A stretch of 64,000 nt of DNA, taken from positions 25,128 through 89,127 of the forward strand of contig MEHG01000001.1 of assembly GCA_001940705.1 (NCBI GenBank), read 5' to 3'. Position 1 is the first letter of the stretch; each line of letters starts with the position of its first letter. A program made the translations under genes and the position numbers. Source of the DNA: Candidatus Thorarchaeota archaeon AB_25. GTDB taxonomy: Archaea; Asgardarchaeota; Thorarchaeia; Thorarchaeales; Thorarchaeaceae. The notes beneath the pieces are model-generated. The model was not told the origin of the DNA. It saw only the letters and a program-made list of their open reading frames with translations, and ran no database searches. Below, piece after piece: positions 16,667 through 25,798 of the stretch.

Positions 16667-17850
16667 ACATCATCGAATATCGAACTGTGGTCTTCGACCT
16701 TTTCACCTTTCATGATCAAGCTCCGAAGCTTGAGTGCCACTTTGCGGCTCCCTAATGCTATACCACCAACAAGGACACCATCCTTCAAGACCGCTTTCAA
16801 GTACTTGCCATTCTCCATGTCAACCGAAACATGAGTCTCATACTCAGGCGAGTCAGGATGGACAACCCCTATACTGGTCAGGTCTATCCCGGCAACCTGC
16901 AATTGACTCGAAGGAGTAATTCCTTCAAATTTCGAACTCCCAAATTCGAGCATGTTCTGAGCAGCGACCCTAGAGGTTGCTGTTGCCCACGGAATGATCC
17001 CATACCACTTCTCGTTCCACTGAGCGCAATCACCTGCTGCAAAAACGCCCTTTGCAGATGTCTGCATATGATCATCCGCAGTGACACCATGATGAAAATC
17101 AATGCCAGAGTTCTTAGCTATAAGGGTGTTTGATCGAACTCCTGTTGCAATGACAACAAGGTCTCCCTTAATCTCGTCACCCTGTTTTGAAATAATACCT
17201 GTAGCATCCTCTTCGCCAGTAATCCCCCGACATTCATACCCAGTGAGGAGTTGGATACCCTTCTTTTCAATCTGTTTCGCCAGAACATTGCTGCCTTGCA
17301 GGTCCAGTTGGATTGGAAGAAGACGGTTTTCATAATCGACCACAATAGGGTCACCTCCAACTTCCTTCATAGCAGCTGCGAGTTCTATTCCGAGTATACC
17401 TCCTCCTATGACAATTTCCCGGCCAGAACCCTTTACTGCCTCACGGATATCAAGCGCGTCATCGAGAGTTCGGATGACATGCACGTTATTCTTGTCCAAA
17501 CCTTCGAATGGAGGGATGAAGGGCCGGCATCCAACCGCTATTAGAATGGAGTCATACCTCTCATAATCCTCAGATGTGGAGATCACAGCCATTCTCGCAG
17601 TGTCAATCTGAAAGACAGGTGTTGAGAGGAAAAGGTCAACATCGTTCTTCTCATACCAATCAATGTCGTAACGTATTGTTTCTTTGATGGTTCGTCGGTT
17701 TGCAATCAGATCAATGAGGTTGGGACGAGGGTAGAAACTATGTCTTTCATCAGTGAAGACATCAATCTCAACATCTTGGTTCTTGCTTCGAATCTCACGA
17801 ATTGCAGTGGTTGCAGCGACCCCATTGCCGATAATCCCAATCCTTGTCAT
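16663..17850 (-). CDS. FAD/NAD(P)-dependent pyridine nucleotide-disulfide oxidoreductase family protein
   Basis: N-terminal IGIIGNGVAATTA dinucleotide fold, a second GGGILGIELA fold, and AAGDCA near the C-terminus. Confidence 0.8.
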   Translation of the reverse strand: MTRIGIIGNGVAATTAIREIRSKNQDVEIDVFTDERHSFYPRPNLIDLIANRRTIKETIRYDIDWYEKNDVDLFLSTPVFQIDTARMAVISTSEDYERYDSILIAVGCRPFIPPFEGLDKNNVHVIRTLDDALDIREAVKGSGREIVIGGGILGIELAAAMKEVGGDPIVVDYENRLLPIQLDLQGSNVLAKQIEKKGIQLLTGYECRGITGEEDATGIISKQGDEIKGDLVVIATGVRSNTLIAKNSGIDFHHGVTADDHMQTSAKGVFAAGDCAQWNEKWYGIIPWATATSRVAAQNMLEFGSSKFEGITPSSQLQVAGIDLTSIGVVHPDSPEYETHVSVDMENGKYLKAVLKDGVLVGGIALGSRKVALKLRSLIMKGEKVEDHSSIFDDV

Positions 17851-17970
17851 GGCGTGATGCTCCCTTGATACTTAGACTACTTCATGGCCCTATTGAGTAT
17901 GTCGCAAGGTTCGTTAGTGACAAATAGATATACTAAAATCAAGGGGGCAATTTTGCCCCCACTCCTACTT

Positions 17971-17978
17971 TTTATATA
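17971..17978 (+). promoter_or_regulatory. TATA-box-like TTTATATA upstream of the HAD gene
   Basis: Lies 36 nt upstream of the TTG start at 18014, a spacing compatible with an archaeal TATA plus a short SD-containing leader (GAGGTTTGGGG). Confidence 0.3.
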
Positions 17979-18013
17979 TTAGACACAACACCAAAATCTC
18001 AGAGGTTTGGGGA

Positions 18014-18751
18014 TTGGAAAAAATCAAAGCTATTTTCTTTGATATGCACAAGACAATAACAGATGTTGATGAAGGTTTTATCGCTCTTACACGGAAGGTG
18101 GCTCATTCAGTAGGAATTGATTTGACAAGATTCTCGGATAAGGAACTCAGTGTCGCAAGTGAAAGTTTTGATGACTGGTTTAGCCATTATCAGATCGAAC
18201 AAGACGTGGACATCCATTTCGGAAATGAAGCAGAACATTGGATTGAAGCGAACAGAATTATGTTTGAATCTCTAGGATTTGAAGGTCTCTCAGACGAGTT
18301 TTTGGTTTCTATTGAAATGGAATGGAAGGAACTTTTGAAAACATGGGAATCGCTCAAACCTGATGTAAAATCTACATTCTTCGAATTGATTAGGAGAGGA
18401 TATCAACTTGGAATCTGCACTCGACGTCCAGATGATCCAACCAATCTTCTGAGAGATTGGGAAATTCTTGAGTTCCTATCCACAGTTCAATGGACATCTG
18501 TTCCGGGTTATGCAAAACCACATCCATACACGCTCATACTGGCAGCAGATGAGATTGGAGTTAATCCAATTCGCTGTGCGTTTGTTGGCAACTCTGTAGA
18601 TGCAGATGTAGTCGCAGCTCAACGAGCAGGAATGTTGCCTATACTCACAACATGGGCGGACAGTGAAGAGGCGAAGAAAGCACCAGAAGGAACTCGTATT
18701 ATTGGTGAAATTTCAGATTTACTCCATGCGTTCTCAAAAGTTCAATCATGA
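18014..18751 (+). CDS. HAD-superfamily hydrolase (variant motif I DMHKT)
   Basis: IKAIFFDMHKT (motif I with His in place of the second Asp), CTRR, and GNSVDADVVAAQRAG (motif IV-like). Confidence 0.7.
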   Translation: MEKIKAIFFDMHKTITDVDEGFIALTRKVAHSVGIDLTRFSDKELSVASESFDDWFSHYQIEQDVDIHFGNEAEHWIEANRIMFESLGFEGLSDEFLVSIEMEWKELLKTWESLKPDVKSTFFELIRRGYQLGICTRRPDDPTNLLRDWEILEFLSTVQWTSVPGYAKPHPYTLILAADEIGVNPIRCAFVGNSVDADVVAAQRAGMLPILTTWADSEEAKKAPEGTRIIGEISDLLHAFSKVQS

Positions 18752-18756
18752 AGGAA

Positions 18757-20082
18757 TCAAGAGTCAGTTTCCTCTTTTTTTGGAGTGTCGGCATCTGTTA
18801 CAGTAGGCTCATCGGTTTTGGGTTTTTCTTTTTTGGGGATAATTCTACTTATCCATCTAAATAGATTCGTTCTGAATGAGGACCCAAGTCGTATTGGAAG
18901 TATAATAGAATTGAGAAGAACTCGAAGCACCTTGTTCTTCATGGTTGCCTGTTCTGGATAACCAATATATGCAAGAGTGTGCTCGCACAGGATGTGTTCT
19001 AGCGCAACTACTAAGGCCTCCTTGGCTAGTTGTGTAAGGTCAAGCTTTTTGAAAACATCACTACTACTGAAATCCTTCTTTTCAACAACACTCTTCCATT
19101 TGAGATACTTTGACTTCTCTAGAATATCGGTCAATGAATAACCAAGCTCAACTATGTAGGGAACAAGTTTCTTCTGTACATCCGTGGGCGTTGGTTCATG
19201 TGATAGTTCATTATGCATTATTTCAATTGCAGGTAACTGTTCTGCCGGGGGGCGGAACCATAGAATATGAAGGAGCCCCTCAATTTTCCGTAGTGTCTTT
19301 CTGTTTCTCTCTTCAATGTGATCAGGTATCTTGTCCAGAACTTTTTCCTTTGCCTTTTCTACAGCCCCGCCACTCAGGTTCCTCCAAATTCGATTTAATT
19401 CAATGACAGACTTAGCATACCTATTGAATTTGAAGTCAAGGTATTCTTCAATATCATTAGAAGTTAGCACATCTATAGATTTCATATCAAAAGAGGAAAT
19501 GCCGCCTGCGATATCCCATAGACGCTTTGTCAGAAAGTCAAACAGACCAGATGCCTTAGGGCACTCTATCCTAAGTGCATGATCCCCCGGTTGAGCAACC
19601 AAGAAACATGATTGGAGTGCATTCTCTATTGAGTTGAAAGGTGACAGATTAGTTGGGAAAAGGTCCATAGCCCCGTGACCTGTTGTCGACCAAGCGAACA
19701 AGCTACCGGTTTTTTTGTCATGTTCGACAATGATTCGTTCTTTATCACCCAAATGATCAAATTTCTGAGTGAATCCCTTTGAGTAAGCCATTACAGCATA
19801 GAGTACATACCTTTCCTTTGTTGATTCAAAACCAGGCATTTTCAAAATAAGGCCGACCATATCAAGCGGTTCACCTTCTGATAACCATGCACCTGATGCT
19901 TGGTCAAACTCCCATCTATCGCCTAATTCATAGAAAACCTTTCGGAGACTCCTCAGGTCAATTGCTTCTTGTGCCTTCTTGAGAGTCTGGCGTTCCCACT
20001 GTTCATAGTCACGTAGCATTTTGGACATACTATTACGTTCTAGTTCAAGCCATTGCGTTTCGATTTTAAGCTTGACCTTCAA
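18757..20082 (-). CDS. Hypothetical protein (441 aa), no recognisable domain
   Basis: Long track ORF in an AT-rich stretch with a K/E/T-rich C-terminal tail. Start uncertain. Confidence 0.5.
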   Translation of the reverse strand: MKVKLKIETQWLELERNSMSKMLRDYEQWERQTLKKAQEAIDLRSLRKVFYELGDRWEFDQASGAWLSEGEPLDMVGLILKMPGFESTKERYVLYAVMAYSKGFTQKFDHLGDKERIIVEHDKKTGSLFAWSTTGHGAMDLFPTNLSPFNSIENALQSCFLVAQPGDHALRIECPKASGLFDFLTKRLWDIAGGISSFDMKSIDVLTSNDIEEYLDFKFNRYAKSVIELNRIWRNLSGGAVEKAKEKVLDKIPDHIEERNRKTLRKIEGLLHILWFRPPAEQLPAIEIMHNELSHEPTPTDVQKKLVPYIVELGYSLTDILEKSKYLKWKSVVEKKDFSSSDVFKKLDLTQLAKEALVVALEHILCEHTLAYIGYPEQATMKNKVLRVLLNSIILPIRLGSSFRTNLFRWISRIIPKKEKPKTDEPTVTDADTPKKEETDS

Positions 20083-20178
20083 CTATATCGTCATCCCCGG
20101 GTAAATTCGTGCATATGTTTTGGAAATTACAGTCTAACCTCGTTTTGGTGTGTGTCCACTTATGGATATCGCATCAAG

Positions 20179-21234
20179 TCAGACATTGTGTCTCATATTT
20201 GCAAACGATAGGACTTCCAGAAAAGCTTCTGCACTCCTCTTTGATAATTCATCAATCATTGAAGGGCTTTTTACAAATGATGATCTTGTAGTTACTGAGA
20301 AATCGGATGACTCGTTGATCACTCTTACAATGGGACCATCGGGAGTCTCTATGCGCTCTGTGCACCAATTATTCTCTGTGAGTTTTTGTGAACCAATTGA
20401 ACCATCATACACAGAATTCAGAATATTACTTGTTGCTTTCACAACGATTCGTTCCTTTTCTGTTGAGGGATATCCCATGTGATATTCCAGTGCTGAATTA
20501 TCTCCAATTTCAATCTTAATACTGAAGTCCACAAGGATTAATGAACGCCACTTCTCTAGTACTTGAACAAAGATTCGATAACGACTTTCGGGGATGAGAG
20601 CATCAACAGTCTTGAAGCGTTTCTCGATATAATATTGTAGATGGCTCAAATCATCTTCAAACCCATAATTTCGTGTGGTCCAATAGCCACTCAGATAACT
20701 CCCAAAACAAGCTAAGATCAGAACGAGAGCACCAATGAAGCAAAATGGATATCCTCCGACCCCAAAATAGAAGGAGGTTGATGAGATTGCCGCCCAAACC
20801 AGAATTCCAAACCATGCAAGATCACTCAAATCATCCAAGCTTCCGTCGTCATACTTGGTGATATGAAGTTCTAGTTTTTCAAAAAAAAGAGGAATCTCTC
20901 CGATGTGGATGTCAACTTCATGAATTCTTTCTGTGGAGATCAAGTTCGGAGGATCGATGAAATGGAGTTTATCTCTGTTTGTAATCCCAAACTCATAATA
21001 TGTTCTGGTCGCAGGAAATCCAATTGCGATTTGAGAACCAAAAAGAAGGAGTGCAGATATAATTCCATGTACTGTTGAGCAAATGAACCAGAGATAAAGA
21101 CTGTAAACAGCGTTGATGAGTAGACTGAATGCTAAAACCCCGAGGTGGTTCATCTTCGCATCGAAGCTATCTATCAAGACAAGCTGCTTCGACGATACCG
21201 CCTCCAATTTGCTCATGGAATCTGCCTCTCTCAA
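20179..21234 (-). CDS. Hypothetical membrane protein (about 345 aa; N-terminal TM helices, soluble C-terminal half)
   Basis: Track ORF. A likely ATG start at 21216 gives MSKLEAV. Confidence 0.5.
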   Translation of the reverse strand: MREADSMSKLEAVSSKQLVLIDSFDAKMNHLGVLAFSLLINAVYSLYLWFICSTVHGIISALLLFGSQIAIGFPATRTYYEFGITNRDKLHFIDPPNLISTERIHEVDIHIGEIPLFFEKLELHITKYDDGSLDDLSDLAWFGILVWAAISSTSFYFGVGGYPFCFIGALVLILACFGSYLSGYWTTRNYGFEDDLSHLQYYIEKRFKTVDALIPESRYRIFVQVLEKWRSLILVDFSIKIEIGDNSALEYHMGYPSTEKERIVVKATSNILNSVYDGSIGSQKLTENNWCTERIETPDGPIVRVINESSDFSVTTRSSFVKSPSMIDELSKRSAEAFLEVLSFANMRHNV

Positions 21235-21301
21235 TCACCATCGCTGAGGTGGTTTAAAGCCTTGATGTTTAAAGCGATAGTTGAGTGGTCCTTAATACTT
21301 T

Positions 21302-21694
21302 TTAATCAATGAAGAACACATCGCCCTGATTTTCCACTGCTTCCACACGTATGTGCATATCGTTCTCGAGAACATGTGTTGCGTCATTTACCTTAACTAC
21401 AGCGATGGCTCCGTGTTGAGTTGCATAGGTAGCAAACTGGCTTATTGATTCACCAAACTCAGCTAGAACAGCTGTAACCTCCTCAAACAGACGGTCCATT
21501 GAAGCTGGATTCTCATTGAAGTAAATTTCCAAGTCATTATGAAGAACCGGAATTGAATCTGAAGTCCACTCTCTTTCGAGCTCTTCTGGCGCACATATGA
21601 TCACGGCTTTGCCGGAGAACTCCCCCGCTTCGCTCACTGATTCACCTCGTAGAATGGGAAAGCTGTATCTTTGTGCATCATCTTTTTTATTCAC
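21302..21694 (-). CDS. Small protein resembling the PEP-utilising-enzyme mobile (swivel) domain but lacking the phospho-His
   Basis: The C-terminal AVLAEFGESISQFATYATQHGAIAVVKVNDATHVLENDMHIRVEAVENQGDVFFID follows the GG.TSHAAI.ARE.GIPAVVG..AT..L..G..V.VDG..G.V pattern, but without TSH. Confidence 0.35.
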   Translation of the reverse strand: MNKKDDAQRYSFPILRGESVSEAGEFSGKAVIICAPEELEREWTSDSIPVLHNDLEIYFNENPASMDRLFEEVTAVLAEFGESISQFATYATQHGAIAVVKVNDATHVLENDMHIRVEAVENQGDVFFID

Positions 21695-21837
21695 AGTTCA
21701 ACACGCTCTTCTAAATTATGACTACTGACAAACCGTTTGGATAAGCGGAACTTTAACGTTTCGGAGAGTGTCAGTTTTCGATTTCAGCTACCTTCAACCT
21801 AATAACGGGTACACGATATGGTATCAATGGTGCTTCT

Positions 21838-22365
21838 ATGACTGTTTATGAGTTCGAGAGAAGGGTACCTGCTATTGGTGAAACATCATATGTGAGTCAC
21901 TCTGCTTCGGTAATCGGAAAAGTCACGATTGGTGAAGAGTGCTATATTGCCCCTGGTGCCGTGGTGAAAGGAGACTACGGCGAAATACAGATTGGCAATG
22001 GAACAAGTGTGCAGGACAATGTCATCATTCATGCCCGACCTGATGAGCTGACAGTAATAGGAAATAACGTAACATTAGGTCATGGATGCATAATTCATAA
22101 CGCCACTGTGAAAGATGATGCAGTCATTGGAATGGGGGCAATAGTCTCAGATTACTCCAATGTAGGAGAGTGGGCAATCGTCGGAGAGGGGGCTGTTGTC
22201 AGGGCAAGATTCGAAGTTCCAGATGGGAAGATTGCGGTTGGTGTTCCAGCCAAGGTGATTGGTGATGTTCAGGATCATCACAAGGAAGAACTAATCCGAT
22301 TCAAGGCAATATATAGAGACCTCGCCAGGAGATATCCTGTTGGCTTGAAGAAGCTCAAGGATTGA
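21838..22365 (+). CDS. Gamma-carbonic-anhydrase-like / left-handed beta-helix (hexapeptide repeat) protein
   Basis: Typical N-terminal P.IGE.SYV...ASVIGKVTIGE, repeated hexapeptides, and His residues in IIHA and GHGCIIH. Confidence 0.85.
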   Translation: MTVYEFERRVPAIGETSYVSHSASVIGKVTIGEECYIAPGAVVKGDYGEIQIGNGTSVQDNVIIHARPDELTVIGNNVTLGHGCIIHNATVKDDAVIGMGAIVSDYSNVGEWAIVGEGAVVRARFEVPDGKIAVGVPAKVIGDVQDHHKEELIRFKAIYRDLARRYPVGLKKLKD

Positions 22366-22370
22366 TTTTC

Positions 22371-22405
22371 TAAAAGAAAAGGAAGAAGAGGGTGATCAAC
22401 CCTCT
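22371..22405 (-). terminator. Hairpin plus T-run between convergent genes (T-run on the minus-strand side)
   Basis: AGAGGGT (22387-93) pairs with ACCCTCT (22399-405). On the minus strand it is followed by CTTCCTTTTCTTTTA. Confidence 0.45.
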
Positions 22406-22412
22406 CATCCAT

Positions 22413-23183
22413 TTAGACAAGTGAAACCATTTTGTCTCTGTTGAATCTACTAAAGGCTAAAGCCCAAGTAACGAGGAATAGGCCCAATGCAATCAATATA
22501 GTTATGATATTGGAGAACCAAACCGAGCTCTGATCAATTGTTCCTCCTGTCCCTAGGGATAGATATGGCAAAAACATTGGAATCATGAAGATCAGAATTG
22601 TTGCTCCTGATGTCTGATATGCTTCGTAAACGCGCGACACTCTGCCAGAAATGAGTATCATGATCGAATTCATAGCGAGGATCATGAGAGGTGCTGCTGT
22701 CAAGAGTAGGAATAGCCCTGCAATATCAGGAAACAACATGAATGCATGTCCGGTCATTAGGAGGATGACAATAGTGCCAATCTCTGAAGCAAAGACTGAA
22801 CCCAGGAGTAGTGCCATGGATGGGATGAAGGAGCTCAGAACCTTTCCGATCAATAATTCACGGTCTGTTAAAGGAGTACAGAGGAGCGGTTCAAGCGTGT
22901 TCATCTCGCGTTCTCCTACGAATGCATTTGCAGCAATAAGCGACGCAGGGATTATTGCGACAATTCCCAACATCGGAGCTATTGTTGGGTTCATTATTTG
23001 CATGATTACCAAGAACTCTGTTGGATTTGAAGGAGATATTGAGATTGCCATTAGTCCTACAATCGCTAGAATCATTATTGGTCCAAGTGCAGCGACTGCA
23101 ATCAGTCCGTATTTCACATAACCAACTTGAAGCGCCATCTTTAGATCAGCCTTGGCAACAAGTATTGATTTGTTTAGAGCCAT
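22413..23183 (-). CDS. ABC-2-type transporter permease
   Basis: 256-aa polytopic membrane protein. Its start shares nt 23183 with the stop of the ABC ATPase gene. Confidence 0.7.
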   Translation of the reverse strand: MALNKSILVAKADLKMALQVGYVKYGLIAVAALGPIMILAIVGLMAISISPSNPTEFLVIMQIMNPTIAPMLGIVAIIPASLIAANAFVGEREMNTLEPLLCTPLTDRELLIGKVLSSFIPSMALLLGSVFASEIGTIVILLMTGHAFMLFPDIAGLFLLLTAAPLMILAMNSIMILISGRVSRVYEAYQTSGATILIFMIPMFLPYLSLGTGGTIDQSSVWFSNIITILIALGLFLVTWALAFSRFNRDKMVSLV

Positions 23184-24139
23184 TATGCATCGCCTCCTTT
23201 TACAACCTCAAGGTAGAGATCTTCGAGCGTTGCCTCCTCTTCAGCAAATTCCACTATCTTGATTCCTTGAGATAGCAAGGATTGCATCAATGAAGAATTG
23301 TTTTCAGTCGGGTCCTCAATAGTCACAATAATCGAGTCAATTTCATTGTTGACTTCCTCAACAAAATTCATGGACTTCGCAATCGAACTTGCATTCTCGA
23401 TATCACCGACGATTCGAATCCTGAACCTCTGTTTTGCGAGTAGTTTTGAACGTAGTTCCTGAGTTGATCCATGAAGTAGGACCTTTCCCTCGTCGATGAT
23501 AGCAATTTGATCACAGACTCGCTGAACCTCAGGTAGATTGTGTGAGTTGATGAAGAAGGTCTGTTTGAACTTCTGTGACAAGCTAAGAATTAGCTCTCGC
23601 ACACGTTTTGCCGCAATTGGATCTAAAGCTGATGTGGGTTCATCAAGGAGTAATACCCTTGGTCTATGAAGTATTGCTCTGCACAGCGCCAGTCGTTGTC
23701 GATTACCTGTGCTAAGTTCTCCTGCTTTGTCATCCTTTCTGTCCCAAAGAGCCATGAATGTAAGAAGTTCTTCAATTCGTTCATCAATCTCCTCTTCAGG
23801 TACATCATAGAGTCTTGCGAAATACTGTAGGTTTTCGTATGCCGTGAGTGTGCCATAGATGGTGTGATTGCTCTCTTCTGGAAGCACACCAGTAATCTCA
23901 CGAACATGAACTGGTTCTTCAATGATATCAAAACCACCGACCATTGCAGTACCTTCAGTTGGACGCAATAACGTGCTAAGCAGTCGGGTTGTTGTTGACT
24001 TGCCAGCTCCATTGGGTCCGAGAAGCCCGAAGATTGTACCCTCCGGGATATTTAGATCCATATGGTCAACTGCGACCAGATCTCCAAAATTCTTCGTAAG
24101 TCCAGAGATAGTTACCTCATCCAAACGAACCACTTCCAC
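23183..24139 (-). CDS. ABC transporter ATP-binding protein
   Basis: Walker A GPNGAGKST, signature LSTGNRQRL, Walker B LLLDEPTSALD, H-loop NSHN. Confidence 0.9.
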   Translation of the reverse strand: MEVVRLDEVTISGLTKNFGDLVAVDHMDLNIPEGTIFGLLGPNGAGKSTTTRLLSTLLRPTEGTAMVGGFDIIEEPVHVREITGVLPEESNHTIYGTLTAYENLQYFARLYDVPEEEIDERIEELLTFMALWDRKDDKAGELSTGNRQRLALCRAILHRPRVLLLDEPTSALDPIAAKRVRELILSLSQKFKQTFFINSHNLPEVQRVCDQIAIIDEGKVLLHGSTQELRSKLLAKQRFRIRIVGDIENASSIAKSMNFVEEVNNEIDSIIVTIEDPTENNSSLMQSLLSQGIKIVEFAEEEATLEDLYLEVVKGGDA

Positions 24140-24207
24140 ATCTGCATAATGTTGTCGTGGAATAAAAAGATGATTGCAGAGGAAAAGAGTCTTCCATCTT
24201 CAATCAT

Positions 24208-24468
24208 CTAAACGGTTATAATTTTCTCAACGACCGCAGTATGAGTGTCCCTTATTCCTGGAATCGTGTGAATCTTGTGAACCGTGATTTCGTAGAGTTC
24301 CTCCAGATTTGTTGTTTCGAGAAGCACCACAATATCGTAGCCTCCAGTTGTAACTGCCACTGATGTAGCCTCATCGATTTTCTGGAGTGCTTCAACTACT
24401 TCGTCAGTCATTCCAAGTTCAATTTCCATCAGAATATATGCAAAGACTCTATCTGTCATCTTTCTCAA
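24208..24468 (-). CDS. Stand-alone Lrp/AsnC-type ligand-binding (RAM) domain protein
   Basis: 86 aa. The AYILMEIE...VAVTTGGYDIVVLLE...IHTIPGIRDTHTAVV pattern matches the AsnC_trans_reg domain with no HTH. Confidence 0.7.
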   Translation of the reverse strand: MRKMTDRVFAYILMEIELGMTDEVVEALQKIDEATSVAVTTGGYDIVVLLETTNLEELYEITVHKIHTIPGIRDTHTAVVEKIITV

Positions 24469-24481
24469 TTCCTTTTTTCTA

Positions 24482-25741
24482 TCAAGTATATTCTTTGATC
24501 ACCACTAGGGTTTCAATATCACTAATCCCTTGAATCTTCTGAATCTTCTTCAGAATCAAGGAATTTGTTTTTGCCAGATTTCTGCTCTTAACTCTAAGTA
24601 GGTAGTCATGATGCCCTGCAAGAGCTGCGGCTTTTTCAACTCCCTTTATGTCAAACAGCTCAAGAAGTAGATCACCTGTCAGTGGTTTCACCTTAATGAG
24701 CACGAGTGAACGGACATCTGAAGCCTCTAATGCAATAACACCGATCATCACTAGTATAATACCAAACATCTTCAATGACCACATGAACGCATCCGCATCA
24801 AGCACGCCAAATGCTCCGGGTAAGAGTAGATTACCAATCACTGTGACAGGGATTCCAAGCACTACAGAGATCGAGGAAAGAGAGTTGACAACTGCCATTT
24901 TACCTCTCCCAAGAGCTCTGATATACATCACGATTGCGAAGAATGCAGCAACAGAGCTTCCAATCATATACCCAAGAAGAGGGATAAAACTGACAGCCAT
25001 TGATAGCCAAGCTGATTCGTTCATGAAAGGTAAGATTAGCAGGCTCATAACCAAATTCAGAATGAGTAGACTCCAAATCCTCATATTCAGTGAATCTACT
25101 CTGAGACCTGGGCGAAGTTCATATCTCTTTGTTTTCCGCTGGTAGTATGTAATGAGTGCGGAAGATATGTTCATCGGACCCAGAACCATAAGAAGAGTCA
25201 CAATGTCAAACCCACCAGGCGTTGCCCCAACGAGGAGAACTCCAAAGAGGATGGAGATGATTGATTGAATTTCTATTATTGTCGGAGTGTCTTTTTCAGC
25301 CAGGAGATCCCCAATCAAGAGATAGATGATTACTAGCTGACCATAGGGTAGAACTGTAGAAGCGTCTGAAGAGCCGGCTAATATGTAATAGAATAATGTA
25401 GAAATCCCTGCAAACACTCCCGCCAAGGCGATGTATATCATTGGTGTCTTTGGCAATATTCGTAATCTGTCAAAGTCTGGGTCAAGTGTGTATCCAAGAG
25501 CACGCTTCGTTCCATTTCTAGTCCGTGTAATGCTCAACACAAGGACTACAAGAAAGGTCACAATGAAGCTGGTCCATTGGGCAAGAAACCCATATGCAAG
25601 GGGAGCGATACTCGACGTATTGAGTGCAACAATATCAAACACAACAGAAAAGGTCCGCATGACACCCGAACCCAAAGCCAGTGAATAGAACACTGTTGTA
25701 GCAGAACGACGACTCACAGGCCTCTGACTTCGACTGCTCAC
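24482..25741 (-). CDS. Polytopic (DMT/EamA-like) membrane protein fused to a C-terminal Lrp/AsnC-type RAM domain
   Basis: About 10 hydrophobic segments, then LVLIKVKP...ALAGHHDYLLRVKSRN...IQGISDIETLVVIKEY. Confidence 0.6.
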   Translation of the reverse strand: MSSRSQRPVSRRSATTVFYSLALGSGVMRTFSVVFDIVALNTSSIAPLAYGFLAQWTSFIVTFLVVLVLSITRTRNGTKRALGYTLDPDFDRLRILPKTPMIYIALAGVFAGISTLFYYILAGSSDASTVLPYGQLVIIYLLIGDLLAEKDTPTIIEIQSIISILFGVLLVGATPGGFDIVTLLMVLGPMNISSALITYYQRKTKRYELRPGLRVDSLNMRIWSLLILNLVMSLLILPFMNESAWLSMAVSFIPLLGYMIGSSVAAFFAIVMYIRALGRGKMAVVNSLSSISVVLGIPVTVIGNLLLPGAFGVLDADAFMWSLKMFGIILVMIGVIALEASDVRSLVLIKVKPLTGDLLLELFDIKGVEKAAALAGHHDYLLRVKSRNLAKTNSLILKKIQKIQGISDIETLVVIKEYT

Positions 25742-25798
25742 TGATTACTCCCCCATAATTCTCTACTATTCTGTGGTGGTAATTGCCACCAAGGAGAA

